Assembly: GCA_964016885.1 (NCBI GenBank)
Contig: OZ024743.1
Location: forward strand, 92,442,001-92,506,000
DNA from: Eledone cirrhosa
Lineage: Eukaryota
DNA: 64,000 nucleotides
Reading direction: 5' to 3'
The position numbers were made by a program, and so were the translations under genes. This document shows positions 36,792-50,584 of this stretch, piece after piece; position 1 is the stretch's first letter; every line of letters begins with the position of its first letter. The notes beneath the pieces are model-generated. The model worked only from the letters and a program-made list of their open reading frames with translations, did not search any database and was not told where the DNA came from.

Positions 36792-38051
36792 TTATTTTTT
36801 TAAAAAATTAATTTCTTTTCAGAGCTGTTTATTTTTTACTTGGGTGAGCGCTTAGGAAACCGAGCTGCTGTAAACATTTCCCTTTTTCTTTCTTTAGTTA
36901 GTTTGATTTGCAAGCTTTTCTCTCCACTGTCTGTTAGTTTCAAAATAATTATGCACGCAAACTTTTTCCTTTCTTTCAACTCTACCCTTCGCATACACAC
37001 TACTGCAAACGTCTTATAGGCTACCGACTGCAAAAACAGAGTTTGTTGATAATTTCAGATATTTCAAACTTTTATTCCGTCTGCCTTCGGAAGTAGTGAG
37101 CCTGCTATATACGCTAGAAAATATTTATTGAACAAAGATTTGGCTGCTTTTTCTAGCATGTAAAATGAGGGTCAATTTATACCACTTTCCATCCTAATCA
37201 GAAACCATCAAGTTAACACCGAGATTCAAAGAAAAGCTCCCATCACAACTGCTATCACTTTCGCATTTCCCTCTGAAAATATTAAATCGAAACGAAAGAA
37301 AGTATTGAGCCAACACTAAGTGTGTCGATCGGTCACATAACGGGTTCCGGAGCCTACCTGTAATAGCTTTTGATACTAGAAAACACACTGGCAACCTTAC
37401 TGCGGATGATAGCGAGTCTAAGAAGCTGATACAACCAAGCAGACTCGCAGTCAGCGTCTGATACCTCGGTAAGGCGAGTGGCCAACTATGACAAAAAGTT
37501 CGTTGTTAGTGGACCAGCTCCTGCAAACGTCTTAGAAGCTACAGGCTGGAAAAACATAGTTTGTTGATAATTTCCGATGTTTCAAAGTTATATTCCGTCC
37601 GCCTTCGGAAGTAGTGAGCCTGCTATATACTCTAGAAAATATTTATTGAACAAAGATTTGGCTGCTTTTTCTAGCATGTAAAATGAGCACATTTCTTTAG
37701 AGCCGTTCGAATCGAAGATGATGGACATGTGTAATAATTAATTAGGAATGGGTATCGTAGCTAGTTATTTGGCCGAGTTATATAAACAAAAAGAGAACAT
37801 AAGTTTTAAAGACAGCAATATCGACAACTATGCGATACTCTCGTAGTTAATAACGTGTGCTAATTTAAAAGTTAGATGAGATTCATGTAAAAGTTTATTA
37901 AGCAACCTAAATTGCTTGAAAATACTATGTTCTATGGTTGAAAGTATGAAAAATGTAAAATAGAAAATTAAAGTATAAAAATTACTGTAAAAGAAAGGTG
38001 TTTAGTGAGTGGTTTTATACAATAAAACTATTAAATTGAGTGTAAGCTTTC

Positions 38052-38171
38052 GTTTACGGCCATTTCCCGCTGAAAACACCGGTTCTCGTCCGATCACCGA
38101 AGTTAAGCAACGTCGAGCCTAGTTAGTACTTGGATGGGTGACCGCTTGGGAACCCTAGGTGCCGTAAGCGT
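38052..38171 (+). rRNA. 5S rRNA: 5S rRNA copy 28 (A13U variant)
   Basis: 5S sequence with GGCCATTTCC. Confidence 0.97.
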
Positions 38172-39430
38172 TTATTTTTTTAAAAAGTTAATTTCTTTTC
38201 AGAGCTATTTATTTTTTAGTTCGGTGGCCGCTTAGGAAACCGAGCTGCTGTAAACATTTCCCTTTTTCTTTCTTTAGTTAGTTTGATTTGCAAGCTTTTC
38301 TCTCCAGTGTCTGTTAGTTTCAAAATAATTATGCACGCAAACTTTTTCCTTTCTTTCAACTCTACCCTTCGCATACACACTACTGCAAACGTCTTATAGG
38401 CTACCGACTGCAAAAACAGAGTTTGTTGATAATTTCAGATATTTCGAACTTTTATTCCGTCCGCCTTCGGAAGTAGTGAGCCTGCTATATACGCTAGAAA
38501 ATATTTATTGAACAAAGATTTGGCTGCTTTTTCTAGCATGTAAAATGAGGGTCCATTTATACCACTTTCCATCCTAATCAGAAACCATCATTTTAACACC
38601 GAGATTCAAAGAAAAGCTCCCATCACAACTGCTATCACTTTCGCATTTCCCTCTGAAAATATTAAGTCGAAACGAAAGAAAGTATTGAGCCAACACTAAG
38701 TGTGTCTATCGGTCACATAACGGGTTCCGGAGCCTACCTCTAATAGCTTTTGACACTAGAAAACACACTGGCAACCTTACTGCGGATGATAGCGAGTCTA
38801 AGAAGCTGATACAACCAAGCACACTCGCAGTCAGCGTCTGATACCTCGGTAAGGCGAGTGACAACTATGACAAAAAGTTCGTTGTTAGTGGACCAGCTCC
38901 TGCAAACGTCTTAGAAGCTACAGGCTGGAAAAACAGAGTTTGTTGATAATTTCCGATGTTTCAAAGTTATATTCCGTCCGCCTTCGGAAGTAGTGAGCCT
39001 GCTATATACTCTAGAAAATATTTATTGAACAAAGATTTGGCTGCTTTTTCTAGCATGTAAAATGAGCACATTTCTTTAGAGCCGTTCGAATCGAAGATGA
39101 TGGACATGTGTAATAATTAATTCGGAATGGGTATCGTAGCTAGTTATTTGGCCGAGTTATATAAACAAAAAGAGAACATAAGTTTTAAAGACAGCAATAT
39201 CGACAACTATGCGATACTCTCGTAGTTAATAACGTGTGCTAATTTATAAATTAGATGAGATTTATGTAAAAGTTTATTAAGCAACCTAAATTGCTTGAAA
39301 ATACTATGTTCTATGGTTGAAAGTATGAAAAATGTAAAACAGAAAATTAAAGTATAAAAATTACTGTAAAAGAAAGGTGTTTAGTGAGTTGTTTTATACA
39401 ATAAAACTATTAAATTGAGTGTAAGATTTC

Positions 39431-39550
39431 GTTTACGGCCATATCCCGCTGAAAACACCGGTTCTCGTCCGATCACCGAAGTTAAGCAACGTCGAGCCTA
39501 GTTAGTACTTGGATGGGTGACCGCTTGGGAACCCTAGGTGCCGTAAGCGT
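39431..39550 (+). rRNA. 5S rRNA: 5S rRNA copy 29
   Basis: Array-consensus 5S sequence. Confidence 0.97.
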
Positions 39551-40808
39551 TTATTTTTTTAAAAAATTAATTTCTTTTCAGAGCTGTTTATTTTTTACTT
39601 GGGTGAGCGCTTAGGAAACCGAGCTGCTGTAAACATTTCCCTTTTTCTTTCTTTAGTTAGTTTGATTTGCAAGCTTTTCTCTCCAGTGTCTGTTAGTTTC
39701 AAAATAATTATGCACGCAAACTTTTTCCTTTCTTTCAACTCTACCCTTCGCATACACACTACTGCAAACGTCTTATAGGCTACCGACTGCAAAAACAGAG
39801 TTTGTTGATAATTTCAGATATTTCGAACTTTTATTCCGTCCGCCTTCGGAAGTAGTGAGCCTGCTATATACGCTAGAAAATATTTATTGAACAAAGATTT
39901 GGCTGCTTTTTCTAGCATGTAAAATGAGGGTCCATTTATACCACTTTCCATCCTAATCAGAAACCATCATTTTAACACCGAGATTCAAAGAAAAGCTCCC
40001 ATCACAACTGCTATCACTTTCGCATTTCCCTCTGAAAATATTAAGTCGAAACGAAAGAAAGTATTGAGCCAACACTAAGTGTGTCTATCGGTCACATAAC
40101 GGGTTCCGGAGCCTACCTCTAATAGCTTTTGACACTAGAAAACACACTGGCAACCTTACTGCGGATGATAGCGAGTCTAAGAAGCTGATACAACCAAGCA
40201 ACTCGCAGTCAGCGTCTGATACCTCGGTAAGGCGAGTGACAACTATGACAAAAAGTTCGTTGTTAGTGGACCAGCTCCTGCAAACGTCTTAGAAGCTACA
40301 GGCTGGAAAAACATAGTTTGTTGATAATTTCCGATGTTTCAAAGTTATATTCCGTCCGCCTTCGGAAGTAGTGAGCCTGCTATATACTCTAGAAAATATT
40401 TATTGAACAAAGATTTGGCTGCTTTTTCTAGCATGTAAAATGAGCACATTTCTTTAGAGCCGTTCGAATCGAAGATGATGGACATGTGTAATAATTAATT
40501 CGGAATGGGTATCGTAGCTAGTTATTTGGCCGAGTTATATAAACAAAAAGAGAACATAAGTTTTAAAGACAGCAATATCGACAACTATGCGATACTCTCG
40601 TAGTTAATAACGTGTGCTAATTTATAAATTAGATGAGATTTATGTAAAAGTTTATTAAGCAACCTAAATTGCTTGAAAATACTATGTTCTCTGGTTGAAA
40701 GTATGAAAAATGTAAAACAGAAAATTAAAGTATAAAAATTACTGTAAAAGAAAGGTGTTTAGTGAGTTGTTTTATACAATAAAACTATTAAATTGAGTGT
40801 AAGATTTC

Positions 40809-40928
40809 GTTTACGGCCATATCCCGCTGAAAACACCGGTTCTCGTCCGATCACCGAAGTTAAGCAACGTCGAGCCTAGTTAGTACTTGGATGGGTGACC
40901 GCTTGGGAACCCTAGGTGCCGTAAGCGT
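40809..40928 (+). rRNA. 5S rRNA: 5S rRNA copy 30
   Basis: Array-consensus 5S sequence. Confidence 0.97.
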
Positions 40929-42188
40929 TTATTTTTTTAAAAAGTTAATTTCTTTTCAGAGCTATTTATATTTTAGTTCGGTGGCCGCTTAGGAAACCGA
41001 GCTGCTCTAAACATTTCCCTTTTTCTTTCTTTAGTTAGTTTGATTTGCAAGCTTTTCTCTCCAGTGTCTGTTAGTTTCAAAATAATTATGCACGCAAACT
41101 TTTTCCTTTCTTTCAACTCTACCCTTCGCATACACACTACTGCAAACGTCTTATAGGCTACCGACTGCAAAAACAGAGTTTGTTGATAATTTCAGATATT
41201 TCGAACTTTTATTCCGTCCGCCTTCGGAAGTAGTGAGCCTGCTATATACGCTAGAAAATATTTATTGAACAAAGATTTGGCTGCTTTTTCTAGCATGTAA
41301 AATGAGGGTCCATTTATACCACTTTCCATCCTAATCAGAAACCATCATTTTAACACCGAGATTCAAAGAAAAGCTCCCATCACAACTGCTATCACTTTCG
41401 CATTTCCCTCTGAAAATATTAAGTCGAAACGAAAGAAAGTATTGAGCCAACACTAAGTGTGTCTATCGGTCACATAACGGGTTCCGGAGCCTACCTCTAA
41501 TAGCTTTTGACACTAGAAAACACACTGGCAACCTTACTGCGGATGATAGCGAGTCTAAGAAGCTGATACAACCAAGCAGACTCGCAGTCAGCGTCTGATA
41601 CCTCGGTAAGGCGAGTGGCCAACTATGACAAAAAGTTCGTTGTTAGTGGACCAGCTCCTGCAAACGTCTTAGAAGCTACAGGCTGGAAAAACAGAGTTTG
41701 TTGATAATTTCCGATGTTTCAAAGTTATATTCCGTCCGCCTTCGGAAGTAGTGAGCCTGCTATATACTCTAGAAAATATTTATTGAACAAAGATTTGGCT
41801 GCTTTTTCTAGCATGTAAAATGAGCACATTTCTTTAGAGCCGTTCGAATCGAAGATGATGGACATGTGTAATAATTAATTCGGAATGGGTATCGTAGCTA
41901 GTTATTTGGCCGAGTTATATAAACAAAAAGAGAACATAAGTTTTAAAGACAGCAATATCGACAACTATGCGATACTCTCGTAGTTAATAACGTGTGCTAA
42001 TTTATAAATTAGATGAGATTTATGTAAAAGTTTATTAAGCAACCTAAATTGCTTGAAAATACTATGTTCTATGGTTGAAAGTATGAAAAATGTAAAACAG
42101 AAAATTAAAGTATAAAAATTACTGTAAAAGAAAGGTGTTTAGTGAGTTGTTTTATACAATAAAACTATTAAATTGAGTGTAAGCTTTC

Positions 42189-42308
42189 GTTTCCGACCAT
42201 ATCCCGCTGAAAACACCGGTTCTCGTCCGATCACCGAAGTTAAGCAACGTCGAGCCTAGTTAGTACTTGGATGGGTGACCGCTTGGGAACCCTAGGTGCC
42301 GTAAGCGT
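42189..42308 (+). rRNA. 5S rRNA: 5S rRNA copy 31 (A5C+G8A, helix I disrupted; possible pseudogene)
   Basis: Starts GTTTCCGACCAT instead of GTTTACGGCCAT; the remainder is consensus. Confidence 0.9.
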
Positions 42309-43567
42309 TTATTTTTTTAAAAAGTTAATTTCTTTTCAGAGCTGTTTATTTTTTACTTGGGTGAGCGCTTAGGAAACCGAGCTGCTGTAAACATTTCCCT
42401 TTTTCTTTCTTTAGTTAGTTTGATTTGCAAGCTTTTCTCTCCAGTGTCTGTTAGTTTCAAAATAATTATGCACGCAAACTTTTTCCTTTCTTTCAACTCT
42501 ACCCTTCGCATACACACTACTGCAAACGTCTTATAGGCTACCGACTGCAAAAACAGAGTTTGTTGATAATTTCAGATATTTCGAACTTTTATTCCGTCCG
42601 CCTTCGGAAGTAGTGAGCCTGCTATATACGCTAGAAAATATTTATTGAACAAAGATTTGGCTGCTTTTTCTAGCATGTAAAATGAGGGTCCATTTATACC
42701 ACTTTCCATCCTAATCAGAAACCATCATTTTAACACCGAGATTCAAAGAAAAGCTCCCATCACAACTGCTATCACTTTCGCATTTCCCTCTGAAAATATT
42801 AAGTCGAAACGAAAGAAAGTATTGAGCCAACACTAAGTGTGTCTATCGGTCACATAACGGGTTCCGGAGCCTACCTCTAATAGCTTTTGACACTAGAAAA
42901 CACACTGGCAACCTTACTGCGGATGATAGCGAGTCTAAGAAGCTGATACAACCAAGCACACTCGCAGTCAGCGTCTGATACCTCGGTAAGGCGAGTGACA
43001 ACTATGACAAAAAGTTCGTTGTTAGTGGACCAGCTCCTGCAAACGTCTTAGAAGCTACAGGCTGGAAAAACAGAGTTTGTTGATAATTTCCGATGTTTCA
43101 AAGTTATATTCCGTCCGCTTTCGGAAGTAGTGAGCCTGCTATATACTCTAGAAAATATTTATTGAACAAAGATTTGGCTGCTTTTTCTAGCATGTAAAAT
43201 GAGCACATTTCTTTAGAGCCGTTCGAATCGAAGATGATGGACATGTGTAATAATTAATTCGGAATGGGTATCGTAGCTAGTTATTTGGCCGAGTTATATA
43301 AACAAAAAGAGAACATAAGTTTTAAAGACAGCAATATCGACAACTATGCGATACTCTCGTAGTTAATAACGTGTGCTAATTTATAAATTAGATGAGATTT
43401 ATGTAAAAGTTTATTAAGCAACCTAAATTGCTTGAAAATACTATGTTCTATGGTTGAAAGTATGAAAAATGTAAAACAGAAAATTAAAGTATAAAAATTA
43501 CTGTAAAAGAAAGGTGTTTAGTGAGTTGTTTTATACAATAAAACTATTAAATTGAGTGTAAGATATC

Positions 43568-43687
43568 GTTTACGGCCATATCCCGCTGAAAACACCGGTT
43601 CTCGTCCGATCACCGAAGTTAAGCAACGTCGAGCCTAGTTAGTACTTGGATGGGTGACCGCTTGGGAACCCTAGGTGCCGTAAGCGT
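43568..43687 (+). rRNA. 5S rRNA: 5S rRNA copy 32
   Basis: Array-consensus 5S sequence. Confidence 0.97.
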
Positions 43688-44947
43688 TTATTTTTTTAAA
43701 AAGTTAATTTCTTTTCAGAGCTATTTATTTTTTAGTTCGGTGGCCGCTTAGGAAACCGAGCTGCTGTAAACATTTCCCTTTTTCTTTCTTTAGTTAGTTT
43801 GATTTGCAAGCTTTTCTCTCCAGTGTCTGTTAGTTTCAAAATAATTATGCACGCAAACTTTTTCCTTTCTTTCAACTCTACCCTTCGCATACACACTACT
43901 GCAAACGTCTTATAGGCTACCGACTGCAAAAACAGAGTTTGTTGATAATTTCAGATATTTCGAACTTTTATTCCGTCCGCCTTCGGAAGTAGTGAGCCTG
44001 CTATATACGCTAGAAAATATTTATTGAACAAAGATTTGGCTGCTTTTTCTAGCATGTAAAATGAGGGTCCATTTATACCACTTTCCATCCTAATCAGAAA
44101 CCATCATTTTAACACCGAGATTCAAAGAAAAGCTCCCATCACAACTGCTATCACTTTCGCATTTCCCTCTGAAAATATTAAGTCGAAACGAAAGAAAGTA
44201 TTGAGCCAACACTAAGTGTGTCTATCGGTCACATAACGGGTTCCGGAGCCTACCTCTAATAGCTTTTGACACTAGAAAACACACTGGCAACCTTACTGCG
44301 GATGATAGCGAGTCTAAGAAGCTGATACAACCAAGCAGACTCGCAGTCAGCGTCTGATACCTCGGTAAGGCGAGTGGCCAACTATGACAAAAAGTTCGTT
44401 GTTAGTGGACCAGCTCCTGCAAACGTCTTAGAAGCTACAGGCTGGAAAAACATAGTTTGTTGATAATTTCCGATGTTTCAAAGTTATATTCCGTCCGCCT
44501 TCGGAAGTAGTGAGCCTGCTATATACTCTAGAAAATATTTATTGAACAAAGATTTGGCTGCTTTTTCTAGCATGTAAAATGAGCACATTTCTTTAGAGCC
44601 GTTCGAATCGAAGATGATGGACATGTGTAATAATTAATTCGGAATGGGTATCGTAGCTAGTTATTTGGCCGAGTTATATAAACAAAAAGAGAACATAAGT
44701 TTTAAAGACAGCAATATCGACAACTATGCGATACTCTCGTAGTTAATAACGTGTGCTAATTTATAAATTAGATGAGATTTATGTAAAAGTTTATTAAGCA
44801 ACCTAAATTGCTTGAAAATACTATGTTCTATGGTTGAAAGTATGAAAAATGTAAAACAGAAAATTAAAGTATAAAAATTACTGTAAAAGAAAGGTGTTTA
44901 GTGAGTTGTTTTATACAATAAAACTATTAAATTGAGTGTAAGATTTC

Positions 44948-45067
44948 GTTTACGGCCATATCCCGCTGAAAACACCGGTTCTCGTCCGATCACCGAAGTT
45001 AAGCAACGTCGAGCCTAGTTAGTACTTGGATGGGTGACCGCTTGGGAACCCTAGGTGCCGTAAGCGT
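44948..45067 (+). rRNA. 5S rRNA: 5S rRNA copy 33
   Basis: Array-consensus 5S sequence. Confidence 0.97.
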
Positions 45068-46325
45068 TTATTTTTTTAAAAAATTAATTTCTTTTCAGAG
45101 CTGTTTATTTTTTACTTGGGTGAGCGCTTAGGAAACCGAGCTGCTGTAAACATTTCCCTTTTTCTTTCTTTAGTTAGTTTGATTTGCAAGCTTTTCTCTC
45201 CAGTGTCTGTTAGTTTCAAAATAATTATGCACGCAAACTTTTTCCTTTCTTTCAACTCTACCCTTCGCATACACACTACTGCAAACGTCTTATAGGCTAC
45301 CGACTGCAAAAACAGAGTTTGTTGATAATTTCAGATATTTCGAACTTTTATTCCGTCCGCCTTCGGAAGTAGTGAGCCTGCTATATACGCTAGAAAATAT
45401 TTATTGAACAAAGATTTGGCTGCTTTTTCTAGCATGTAAAATGAGGGTCCATTTATACCACTTTCCATCCTAATCAGAAACCATCATTTTAACACCGAGA
45501 TTCAAAGAAAAGCTCCCATCACAACTGCTATCACTTTCGCATTTCCCTCTGAAAATATTAAGTCGAAACGAAAGAAAGTATTGAGCCAACACTAAGTGTG
45601 TCTATCGGTCACATAACGGGTTCCGGAGCCTACCTCTAATAGCTTTTGACACTAGAAAACACACTGGCAACCTTACTGCGGATGATAGCGAGTCTAAGAA
45701 GCTGATACAACCAAGCAACTCGCAGTCAGCGTCTGATACCTCGGTAAGGCGAGTGACAACTATGACAAAAAGTTCGTTGTTAGTGGACCAGCTCCTGCAA
45801 ACGTCTTAGAAGCTACAGGCTGGAAAAACATAGTTTGTTGATAATTTCCGATGTTTCAAAGTTATATTCCGTCCGCCTTCGGAAGTAGTGAGCCTGCTAT
45901 ATACTCTAGAAAATATTTATTGAACAAAGATTTGGCTGCTTTTTCTAGCATGTAAAATGAGCACATTTCTTTAGAGCCGTTCGAATCGAAGATGATGGAC
46001 ATGTGTAATAATTAATTCGGAATGGGTATCGTAGCTAGTTATTTGGCCGAGTTATATAAACAAAAAGAGAACATAAGTTTTAAAGACAGCAATATCGACA
46101 ACTATGCGATACTCTCGTAGTTAATAACGTGTGCTAATTTATAAATTAGATGAGATTTATGTAAAAGTTTATTAAGCAACCTAAATTGCTTGAAAATACT
46201 ATGTTCTCTGGTTGAAAGTATGAAAAATGTAAAACAGAAAATTAAAGTATAAAAATTACTGTAAAAGAAAGGTGTTTAGTGAGTTGTTTTATACAATAAA
46301 ACTATTAAATTGAGTGTAAGATTTC

Positions 46326-46445
46326 GTTTACGGCCATATCCCGCTGAAAACACCGGTTCTCGTCCGATCACCGAAGTTAAGCAACGTCGAGCCTAGTTAG
46401 TACTTGGATGGGTGACCGCTTGGGAACCCTAGGTGCCGTAAGCGT
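46326..46445 (+). rRNA. 5S rRNA: 5S rRNA copy 34
   Basis: Array-consensus 5S sequence. Confidence 0.97.
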
Positions 46446-47705
46446 TTATTTTTTTAAAAAGTTAATTTCTTTTCAGAGCTATTTATATTTTAGTTCGGTG
46501 GCCGCTTAGGAAACCGAGCTGCTCTAAACATTTCCCTTTTTCTTTCTTTAGTTAGTTTGATTTGCAAGCTTTTCTCTCCAGTGTCTGTTAGTTTCAAAAT
46601 AATTATGCACGCAAACTTTTTCCTTTCTTTCAACTCTACCCTTCGCATACACACTACTGCAAACGTCTTATAGGCTACCGACTGCAAAAACAGAGTTTGT
46701 TGATAATTTCAGATATTTCGAACTTTTATTCCGTCCGCCTTCGGAAGTAGTGAGCCTGCTATATACGCTAGAAAATATTTATTGAACAAAGATTTGGCTG
46801 CTTTTTCTAGCATGTAAAATGAGGGTCCATTTATACCACTTTCCATCCTAATCAGAAACCATCATTTTAACACCGAGATTCAAAGAAAAGCTCCCATCAC
46901 AACTGCTATCACTTTCGCATTTCCCTCTGAAAATATTAAGTCGAAACGAAAGAAAGTATTGAGCCAACACTAAGTGTGTCTATCGGTCACATAACGGGTT
47001 CCGGAGCCTACCTCTAATAGCTTTTGACACTAGAAAACACACTGGCAACCTTACTGCGGATGATAGCGAGTCTAAGAAGCTGATACAACCAAGCAGACTC
47101 GCAGTCAGCGTCTGATACCTCGGTAAGGCGAGTGGCCAACTATGACAAAAAGTTCGTTGTTAGTGGACCAGCTCCTGCAAACGTCTTAGAAGCTACAGGC
47201 TGGAAAAACAGAGTTTGTTGATAATTTCCGATGTTTCAAAGTTATATTCCGTCCGCCTTCGGAAGTAGTGAGCCTGCTATATACTCTAGAAAATATTTAT
47301 TGAACAAAGATTTGGCTGCTTTTTCTAGCATGTAAAATGAGCACATTTCTTTAGAGCCGTTCGAATCGAAGATGATGGACATGTGTAATAATTAATTCGG
47401 AATGGGTATCGTAGCTAGTTATTTGGCCGAGTTATATAAACAAAAAGAGAACATAAGTTTTAAAGACAGCAATATCGACAACTATGCGATACTCTCGTAG
47501 TTAATAACGTGTGCTAATTTATAAATTAGATGAGATTTATGTAAAAGTTTATTAAGCAACCTAAATTGCTTGAAAATACTATGTTCTATGGTTGAAAGTA
47601 TGAAAAATGTAAAACAGAAAATTAAAGTATAAAAATTACTGTAAAAGAAAGGTGTTTAGTGAGTTGTTTTATACAATAAAACTATTAAATTGAGTGTAAG
47701 CTTTC

Positions 47706-47825
47706 GTTTCCGACCATATCCCGCTGAAAACACCGGTTCTCGTCCGATCACCGAAGTTAAGCAACGTCGAGCCTAGTTAGTACTTGGATGGGTGACCGCT
47801 TGGGAACCCTAGGTGCCGTAAGCGT
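47706..47825 (+). rRNA. 5S rRNA: 5S rRNA copy 35 (A5C+G8A, helix I disrupted; possible pseudogene)
   Basis: Starts GTTTCCGACCAT; duplicate of copy 31. Confidence 0.9.
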
Positions 47826-49084
47826 TTATTTTTTTAAAAAGTTAATTTCTTTTCAGAGCTGTTTATTTTTTACTTGGGTGAGCGCTTAGGAAACCGAGCT
47901 GCTGTAAACATTTCCCTTTTTCTTTCTTTAGTTAGTTTGATTTGCAAGCTTTTCTCTCCAGTGTCTGTTAGTTTCAAAATAATTATGCACGCAAACTTTT
48001 TCCTTTCTTTCAACTCTACCCTTCGCATACACACTACTGCAAACGTCTTATAGGCTACCGACTGCAAAAACAGAGTTTGTTGATAATTTCAGATATTTCG
48101 AACTTTTATTCCGTCCGCCTTCGGAAGTAGTGAGCCTGCTATATACGCTAGAAAATATTTATTGAACAAAGATTTGGCTGCTTTTTCTAGCATGTAAAAT
48201 GAGGGTCCATTTATACCACTTTCCATCCTAATCAGAAACCATCATTTTAACACCGAGATTCAAAGAAAAGCTCCCATCACAACTGCTATCACTTTCGCAT
48301 TTCCCTCTGAAAATATTAAGTCGAAACGAAAGAAAGTATTGAGCCAACACTAAGTGTGTCTATCGGTCACATAACGGGTTCCGGAGCCTACCTCTAATAG
48401 CTTTTGACACTAGAAAACACACTGGCAACCTTACTGCGGATGATAGCGAGTCTAAGAAGCTGATACAACCAAGCACACTCGCAGTCAGCGTCTGATACCT
48501 CGGTAAGGCGAGTGACAACTATGACAAAAAGTTCGTTGTTAGTGGACCAGCTCCTGCAAACGTCTTAGAAGCTACAGGCTGGAAAAACAGAGTTTGTTGA
48601 TAATTTCCGATGTTTCAAAGTTATATTCCGTCCGCTTTCGGAAGTAGTGAGCCTGCTATATACTCTAGAAAATATTTATTGAACAAAGATTTGGCTGCTT
48701 TTTCTAGCATGTAAAATGAGCACATTTCTTTAGAGCCGTTCGAATCGAAGATGATGGACATGTGTAATAATTAATTCGGAATGGGTATCGTAGCTAGTTA
48801 TTTGGCCGAGTTATATAAACAAAAAGAGAACATAAGTTTTAAAGACAGCAATATCGACAACTATGCGATACTCTCGTAGTTAATAACGTGTGCTAATTTA
48901 TAAATTAGATGAGATTTATGTAAAAGTTTATTAAGCAACCTAAATTGCTTGAAAATACTATGTTCTATGGTTGAAAGTATGAAAAATGTAAAACAGAAAA
49001 TTAAAGTATAAAAATTACTGTAAAAGAAAGGTGTTTAGTGAGTTGTTTTATACAATAAAACTATTAAATTGAGTGTAAGATATC

Positions 49085-49204
49085 GTTTACGGCCATATCC
49101 CGCTGAAAACACCGGTTCTCGTCCGATCACCGAAGTTAAGCAACGTCGAGCCTAGTTAGTACTTGGATGGGTGACCGCTTGGGAACCCTAGGTGCCGTAA
49201 GCGT
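49085..49204 (+). rRNA. 5S rRNA: 5S rRNA copy 36
   Basis: Array-consensus 5S sequence. Confidence 0.97.
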
Positions 49205-50464
49205 TTATTTTTTTAAAAAGTTAATTTCTTTTCAGAGCTATTTATTTTTTAGTTCGGTGGCCGCTTAGGAAACCGAGCTGCTGTAAACATTTCCCTTTTT
49301 CTTTCTTTAGTTAGTTTGATTTGCAAGCTTTTCTCTCCAGTGTCTGTTAGTTTCAAAATAATTATGCACGCAAACTTTTTCCTTTCTTTCAACTCTACCC
49401 TTCGCATACACACTACTGCAAACGTCTTATAGGCTACCGACTGCAAAAACAGAGTTTGTTGATAATTTCAGATATTTCGAACTTTTATTCCGTCCGCCTT
49501 CGGAAGTAGTGAGCCTGCTATATACGCTAGAAAATATTTATTGAACAAAGATTTGGCTGCTTTTTCTAGCATGTAAAATGAGGGTCCATTTATACCACTT
49601 TCCATCCTAATCAGAAACCATCATTTTAACACCGAGATTCAAAGAAAAGCTCCCATCACAACTGCTATCACTTTCGCATTTCCCTCTGAAAATATTAAGT
49701 CGAAACGAAAGAAAGTATTGAGCCAACACTAAGTGTGTCTATCGGTCACATAACGGGTTCCGGAGCCTACCTCTAATAGCTTTTGACACTAGAAAACACA
49801 CTGGCAACCTTACTGCGGATGATAGCGAGTCTAAGAAGCTGATACAACCAAGCAGACTCGCAGTCAGCGTCTGATACCTCGGTAAGGCGAGTGGCCAACT
49901 ATGACAAAAAGTTCGTTGTTAGTGGACCAGCTCCTGCAAACGTCTTAGAAGCTACAGGCTGGAAAAACATAGTTTGTTGATAATTTCCGATGTTTCAAAG
50001 TTATATTCCGTCCGCCTTCGGAAGTAGTGAGCCTGCTATATACTCTAGAAAATATTTATTGAACAAAGATTTGGCTGCTTTTTCTAGCATGTAAAATGAG
50101 CACATTTCTTTAGAGCCGTTCGAATCGAAGATGATGGACATGTGTAATAATTAATTCGGAATGGGTATCGTAGCTAGTTATTTGGCCGAGTTATATAAAC
50201 AAAAAGAGAACATAAGTTTTAAAGACAGCAATATCGACAACTATGCGATACTCTCGTAGTTAATAACGTGTGCTAATTTATAAATTAGATGAGATTTATG
50301 CAAAAGTTTATTAAGCAACCTAAATTGCTTGAAAATACTATGTTCTATGGTTGAAAGTATGAAAAATGTAAAATAGAAAATTAAAGTATAAAAATTACTG
50401 TAAAAGAAAGGTGTTTAGTGAGTTGTTTTATACAATAAAACTATTAAATTGAGTGTAAGATTTC

Positions 50465-50584
50465 GTTTACGGCCATATCCCGCTGAAAACACCGGTTCTC
50501 GTCCGATCACCGAAGTTAAGCAACGTCGAGCCTAGTTAGTACTTGGATGGGTGACCGCTTGGGAACCCTAGGTGCCGTAAGCGT
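50465..50584 (+). rRNA. 5S rRNA: 5S rRNA copy 37
   Basis: Array-consensus 5S sequence. Confidence 0.97.
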
